Assembly: GCA_030704615.1 (NCBI GenBank)
Contig: CM060734.1
Span: 7,130,001-7,194,000, forward strand
From: Takakia lepidozioides
Taxonomy: Eukaryota; Plantae; Bryophyta
DNA: 64,000 nt
Direction: 5' to 3'
Shown: piece after piece, positions 58,016 to 64,000 of the stretch
Position numbering within the stretch: the stretch's first letter is position 1
How the letters are laid out: each line of letters opens with the position of its first letter
Notes under the pieces: generated by a model
Seen by the model: only the letters and a program-made list of their open reading frames with translations
Told to the model about the DNA's origin: nothing
The model's database searches: none
Made by a program: the position numbers and the translations under genes

Positions 58016-61000
58016 ATGATTGATTGTTCAGAACGGGCTGAGTACTTAGAGATTTCTAACTCTTCTACCTTAGAGTTCCCACCCCGGATAGCTAAGGGAT
58101 GGGTGAGTAAAAGCCGCTCAACATTTGGCAACCATACTGGGGAACTGATTCAAGAACAACCAAATGTGACAGGCATCTGGTGGGATCATGGAGGATGGAG
58201 AATTAAAGAATTTCAAATTCCCTGTGAAACTGAGAAAGAAAGATTGTCCAAACCATTCTTTCAGAAGTTCTTGCAGGAATTGCCAGACGGTTAATGCAAG
58301 GAGAATATCCTCAAGAGAGTGCATGATGCTGATTCAGAATGGGGTCCAGAAAAAGGAGTGATAAAGATTTATCAAGTGGCCTGTAAAGGGAGAGCGAGAT
58401 GGTTATCAACACTGGTTTACGTGATAGCGTTGCTATCTATTAAACGAGTAGAGTTTGAAAGCTGGGAAGAATCAAGAGTGAACGTTTACACTCATATGAA
58501 TGAAGAGCTTGAATTGGTAAAGAATTGGATTCCCAAGGATATCTTGTGGATCAAGCTTACACCAAGAACGGCCTTTCAGACGTGCCTACCATATGGTTAT
58601 ATGGTAACTGAGTCTTCTAGTCTAGCCAAGGTTGCATTAAAGCTTGAAAGAAATCCAGGCATATATGAGAGGTACTACAGGAGAGAGTTGTGGGTATTGC
58701 CTCATGAAAGACATGAAAGACATGGGTCATGAGTGATGAAAGGGAAGCAAGAAGAGAGAGATATACAACAAAAAGAGAAAGCTATTTAAAAGCTAACTAT
58801 CCATATCTTTGGGAGAGAGGAATAGACATAGGAGAATCATCTGGACCTCTCACTCCACCAAAACCAGAGGGTACATCACCAATACTTGAAGATCCTAATT
58901 TAGAGGCTACTCCTACTTATTCTTTACAAGAAAGATTAAGAGAATTGGTACAAGAAGAGAATCAACCTCAAGGGGAAAGATCGGAGGTGCATCCCTGGAT
59001 AAAAGATTTGACAGAAATCTTTGATCAGAATTGGCACGGTACACCAAGAGCAGGAACTCCAGTTTCTGATACACCAGCCAACGAAGGAGAGGAGATGAGG
59101 AAGAGCCTGCAGAGGGTTAACAGACTCTCCAACACCAATTCAATTGAGTTATATGAGGGAAGAAGAAACCCAAGATAAGAACTTGGAGGATGAAGGCCGA
59201 GATAAAAACTTGGAAGACGATGATTATGAAGACATAGACCGAACAGTTGATGTTGGTACTGCAACTAGGACATCCCAACCTGTTGGACCAGGATCAAGTG
59301 ATACACTTGGATCATTGGCCAACAAAAGTGTCGGCTCAAGGGGATCAGGCAGGCAGCTTGGATCCGTCTCTGGAGGGACAAGGAGTATAGGAAGTAGTGC
59401 AACTGGAATTGGGGGTACTGCAAATACAAGAGGACCTATAATAGTAAGTGCTCAAGGATCAACACTTGGTGGTGGTACAACTACTACCACAGGGGTCCTC
59501 AAGGACCAGCACCTACAGGAGGTCCAACACCAGCCACAGGGCCGGGAGTAGGGCCATAGATGGCAGCATTAGCGCCAACACGTATGAGACCACCTTTTCC
59601 GATCTACTCTGAAGGAAAAGAGGATCCTGATGTACACGTCAATCAATTTGAACACATGTGGATAGTGAACAATGAGAATGATGATGATGCAAAGTTGAGA
59701 TTATTTCCTTGTTCACTTGAAAGCAATTGAGTGGTATGCTCGATTTCCTGATAATCATTTTCAAAACCTGGAATGCTCTTAGAACAACATTCCAGAACAT
59801 ATTCAGGACAAACAAAACCACAGAAGAAGTGTACAATAGCCTACAACAGTTGAGACAGAAGAAGCATGAAATTGTTGAGGAGTATCTGGAAAAGATGGAA
59901 TTAATGATCGGGAAACTGGCTGATGTGCCACCTGCAGGTTTACAATTTAGACTAGGTTTGTAGATGGTCTGAGGCCTGAATTACAAATAAAGGTGGATAT
60001 GTTACCACATAATCAGTAGAAGAAGCATTTGAAACAGCCAACAGAATTGAGCAAGGAAAAATGCTTGGGAAGGATAAAAATGATGATGATGACTCTGAAG
60101 ATGAGTCAGATGAGGAGGAGGAACAAGAGGACAAGAAAAAGTCCAAGAAGAAGGAAAAGTTAAAGAAAGATAACTATGAAAAAAGATTAGAAGAGATTTT
60201 GAAGAAGTATGCTACAGAAGCTGCAGTACATTGGAGGAAGCGTGCCTGGTGTTCAAAATGCCAAAATGAAGGCCATACCACAGCCGAATGCCACATGAAG
60301 GAGAAACATTGTGCTATCTTTAAAATGAATAACCATTCTACTGAGAATTGTTATTACAACAGAAAGACAGGTACAAGGGAAAATAGACAGGTGAGAGTGC
60401 ATCAAGTGCAACCCCAGCCTAGAAGGAACAATGACTAGGGTAACTATGGTAGACCTGGTGGATATAACAATGGCATGCCAGTAAGAGGTAATCCAAGAGG
60501 GAATTACCAAGGCAATCCCAGAGGCAACTATCAGGGTAATCCAAGGGGGAATTACCAGCCATGGAATCAGGATTATAGAATAATCCCAGAATAGACCAGG
60601 GGCGAGGACCTAATGGTGAAGAAGTGTGTTACTATTGTATCCAACCAGGACATCGCAAAGCAGCTTGTCCCTTTTGGACAAGACATCAAGATGAGATGAG
60701 AATTCCTACAAATGAAGGCCCAGTAGTGGCAGCACACATGGTAATGCCATGTTATGTACCAGAAGTGAACCATGATAGTTACCAGAAGTAAGGCTAAGTT
60801 ATAGGGCCCACCCCCAAAAGGGGGCAGTAGCTGTGAGGCGAAGTGGCTCTTAGTTACGCCGGCTTCGGCCGGAGTCATCTTTCTCTAAGGCTAAGTTATT
60901 GCCTCCCGTAGATGAAGATGAAGAGGATAATGAGGATGACAGTGATGTGCCTGAGGATGATGAGGCCTGAGGAAAGAGAACAAACTGCACAAGAAAGTGG

Positions 61001-61190
61001 CAGAAACTATAAGGGAAATGCAGAAAGAGACAGATATCCCTATAGCAGAGTCATCAGACTCTGAAGAAGAAGATGAAGAAGATGACGATGAGGAAACATT
61101 GAAGCATGATGTTTCACAGGTGCTGAATACTGAAGGAGCATTGGCTAAAGTAATATGCCAATCCAAAGCAGAGACTACAATTGGGTAGCT
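58016..61190 (+). mobile_element. Second decayed LTR-retrotransposon fragment: unknown upstream ORFs, then gag with zinc knuckles
   Basis: EDPDVHVNQFEH...KLRLFPCSL; CSKCQNEGHTTAEC; CYYCIQPGHRKAAC. Confidence 0.7.
60803..60885 (+). mobile_element. 83-bp 3'-end insertion of the Dualen-like LINE family, 14-bp TSD TAAGGCTAAGTTAT
   Basis: TSDs at 60789-60802 and 60886-60899. Confidence 0.85.
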
Positions 61191-61227
61191 ATTGGCCATA
61201 GCACCCCACTATAGACACAGGCTGTAT

Positions 61228-61240
61228 CACTACAAGGAAT
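61228..61240 (+). mobile_element. Probable CACTA TIR (CACTACAAGGAAT)
   Basis: Matches the canonical CACTACAAGAAA-type terminus; followed by ACGAC/GTCGT-rich subterminal-like sequence; partner not in window. Confidence 0.45.
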
Positions 61241-61704
61241 AGGTGCTTTTCGCACCTGACTTGCGATTGCGATTCTGTCCAAAACGACTGCGCGTGGGAC
61301 TCCAGGTTGTGAATGACGACTTGCCAGTCGTCACAGTCGTTTTTATGCCACGCTGGCATAAAGGATGGAGTATACAAGTCGTAGAAGTGAACTCCGGGTT
61401 TGACGTCGATTTATAGGCTGATTTCCAAAAATTGGAAAAAAAACATATTTTTTATATTAATGAAATTTGCAGTCGTGTTGACGACTGCGGGTTGGACCCC
61501 GGGGAGATTTTTATCAATTGTAACCAATATGGCACTATTTTGAAATTACAATGACACGCGTCGAATTGCGAGCGGGACAATTGATAGGGAGCTCGGGTTG
61601 TGAGCTCCGTAAGTCGCAGTGAGGGGGCCGAGGACTTAGCGAGATTTTCAAGTCACTCTTGCTCGGCGAATGCGACCTCCATCTCCTTCTTCTTCCCTTC
61701 CTTC

Positions 61705-63055
61705 ATGTACTGTGTTTGCAATGCGTGTGTGATCCTGGCAGCCCTGCAAAAGGGCAAAGAGGTCCATGCTGACATTGTCGAAGCTGGAATTGTACCAGAT
61801 GTTGTTCTGGACACTGCTCTGATGAACATGTATGCAAAATGTGGGAGCATCGAGGATGCAAAGGGAGTGTTGGACAATATGGCCGAACAAGATATGGTGT
61901 CTTGGACTGCGATGATCACAGCCCTAGTGGACATGTATGCAAAATGTGGGTGCATCGAGGATGCAAAGGGAGTGTTCGACACTATGGCTGAACTAGATGT
62001 GGTGTCGTGGAGTGCGATGCTTGCAGGGTCTGCACAGTAGGGACGAGGGATGGAGGCTTTGGAGACCTATAAGCAAATGATGGGGGAAGCACATCATGTT
62101 TGTGTGCATTCGCAATGTTTGTGCAAGCCTGACAACCCTGGAGAAGGGCAAAAGACGTGCATGGGGATATCATCAAAGCTGGAATTGTACCAAATGTCAT
62201 TCTAAACACTGCCTTGGCAGCTCTGGAAAAGGGGAAAGAGGTCCATGGAGACATCTTCAGAGCTGGAATTGTACCAAATTTCATTTTGAACAATACCCTG
62301 GTGGACGTATTTGCAAAATGTGGGTGCATCTAGGATGCAAAGGGAGTGTTCAACACTATGGCTGAACAAGATGTGGCGTCATGCAAGCCTGGCAGTCCTA
62401 GAGAAGGGCAAAGAGGTGCATGGGGATATCGTCAAAGCTGGAATTGCATCAAATGTCATTCTAAATACTGCCCTGGCAGCTCTGGAAAAGGGGAAAGAGG
62501 TCCATGGCGACATCTTCAGAGCTGGAATTGTACCAGCTGTCATTCTGAACAATACCCTGGTGGACATGTTTGCAAAATGTGGGTGCATCTTAGGATGCAA
62601 AGGGAGTGTTTGACACTATGGTTGAACGAGATGTGGTGTCGTGGAGTGCCATGCTTGCAGGGTATGCACAACAGGGACGTGGGATGGAGGCTTTGGAGAC
62701 CTATGAGCAAATGATGGGGGAAGTACATCATGTTTGTGTGCATTTGCAATGCTTGTGCAAGCCTGGCAGCCCTGGAGAAGGGCAAAGAGGTGCATGGGGA
62801 TATCATCAAAGCTGCGATTGTACCAAATGTCATTCTAAACACTGCCCTGGCAGCTCTGGAAAAGGGGGAAGAGGTGCATGGCGACATCTTCAAAGCTGGA
62901 ATTGTACCAGATGTCATTCCGAACAATACCCTGGTGGACATGTTTGCAAAATGTGGGTGCATCTAGGATGCAAAGGGAGTGTTCAACACTATGGCTGAAC
63001 AGGATGTGGCGTCGTGCAAGCCTGGCAGCCCTAGAGAAGGGCAAAGAGGTGCGTG
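61705..63055 (+). pseudogene. Tandemly reiterated PLS-class PPR fragments, frameshifted
   Basis: GKEVHGDI.KAGIVP.VILNTAL, LVDMYAKCG.IEDAKGVFD, DVVSWSAMLAGYAQ; many stops and frameshifts. Confidence 0.88.
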
Positions 63056-63186
63056 GGCTGTCCTGGTGTTGATCACTTTTTCGGATCATAATTTAGAATA
63101 GCACATTTGATGTACATTAGTACATATTTTATGAAGTTTAGTATGAAATCATAGTAAGAAATCATAAATAAAATGGAATTTTAGCA

Positions 63187-64000
63187 ATGGCAGAGCCGGA
63201 GGACCAGTCGAAGGACACCTCCTTGATTCCGGGATTGACAGACCATGTGACACTAGACTGCGTTGAACGGGTGCCTCGCTCTTATTATTTACCGTTGACA
63301 GGTGGTTGTAAGAAATGGCAGAATGCGCTAGCGGTGGTTGATGACGAAGGCCGCAACGACGTCTTTGAGATTCGCAAACGGGTAGAGATCAAGGAGGAAT
63401 GGGTTTACATGTTGGCTGGTCTTGCACACAATGTACAGCCTCTCATAAGTGCACGGAAGTGGTGGGTGTTTGATTCCGTTAGTACGCGGTGGCGATGTCT
63501 GCCAGACTGCCTGTGGATTATACCTTTGAAGTTTCTGACAAGGAATCGGAAGTTATAGAAACTCAGCTTTTGGTTTGCGGACAATACTCTAGAGGTTACA
63601 TGGTATGGAGGTATGATCTAGAAATCAATGAATAGTCTTCAGCGCCAAGAATGATTCAAGATCGATGTCTTTGTAAGTTAGCAAATGCAGGAAAATATGC
63701 TTATCTTACTGGAGGATCTCACCAGCAGACGACTCTTAGAACAACGCTACAACTCGCTACTTCAAGCATGGGAACCTCTCCCCGATCTCAACATAGCACG
63801 GGAAAGGGAGCTAATGGGAAAACAAGGATAAATGTGAACCGCTGGATATTGGTTGATCAAGGGTAGCGATCCTCACTTCCCAAACGGATGAATGACATGG
63901 ATGAGGAGCAACATTCATGAGGATTTAAAACGGCTCATGTATCAATGTAAGTTGGTCATGTCCCTGGATGGATGAAAGTTATAGATGGATGAAAATTATG
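63187..64000 (+). pseudogene. F-box/kelch-repeat protein, disrupted
   Basis: SLIPGLTDHVTLDCVERVPR, RKRVEIKEEWVYML, WVFDSVSTRWRCLP, AYLTGG; stops downstream. Confidence 0.75.

Overview
Eukaryotic genomic DNA, most likely from a non-seed land plant (inferred from PLS-type PPR fragments, an F-box/kelch gene, plant ClpP5/THI1/RPS7 fragments and a Dualen-like LINE). One intact multi-exon host gene (TRM4/NSUN2 RNA m5C methyltransferase, 5120-13818 +) sits in a nest of transposons. The main find is an 11.4-kb Ty3/gypsy-type retrotransposon (19736-31112, 4-bp TSD AAGG, inserted in a CACTA transposase). It encodes gag-protease-DNMT3-like C5 DNA methyltransferase-RT-RNaseH-DDE integrase-PHD finger. It lacks normal LTRs and instead has split direct repeats A1...B1-gc-A2-B2, as in Ngaro/PAT elements, with a palindromic GACAGCTGTC junction. 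It also carries antisense fragments of host THI1, ClpP5 and RPS7 sequences and a 5.7-kb internal inversion. Partial relatives of this element occur at 1-209, 990-4760 and 18046-19391. A second system is a ~10-kb Mutator-like element (~36650-46737). Its transposase is head-to-head with an intron-containing gene whose C-terminus has a beta-class N4C/N6A amino-methyltransferase fold, and arrays of a CG-rich 22-bp palindrome lie between them. Also present: an L1 LINE, an RT+RNaseH+RLE (Dualen/RandI-like) LINE with a partner tRNA-SINE, two decayed gypsy elements, CACTA ends, and PPR and F-box/kelch pseudogenes. All homology calls are by eye; no searches were run.
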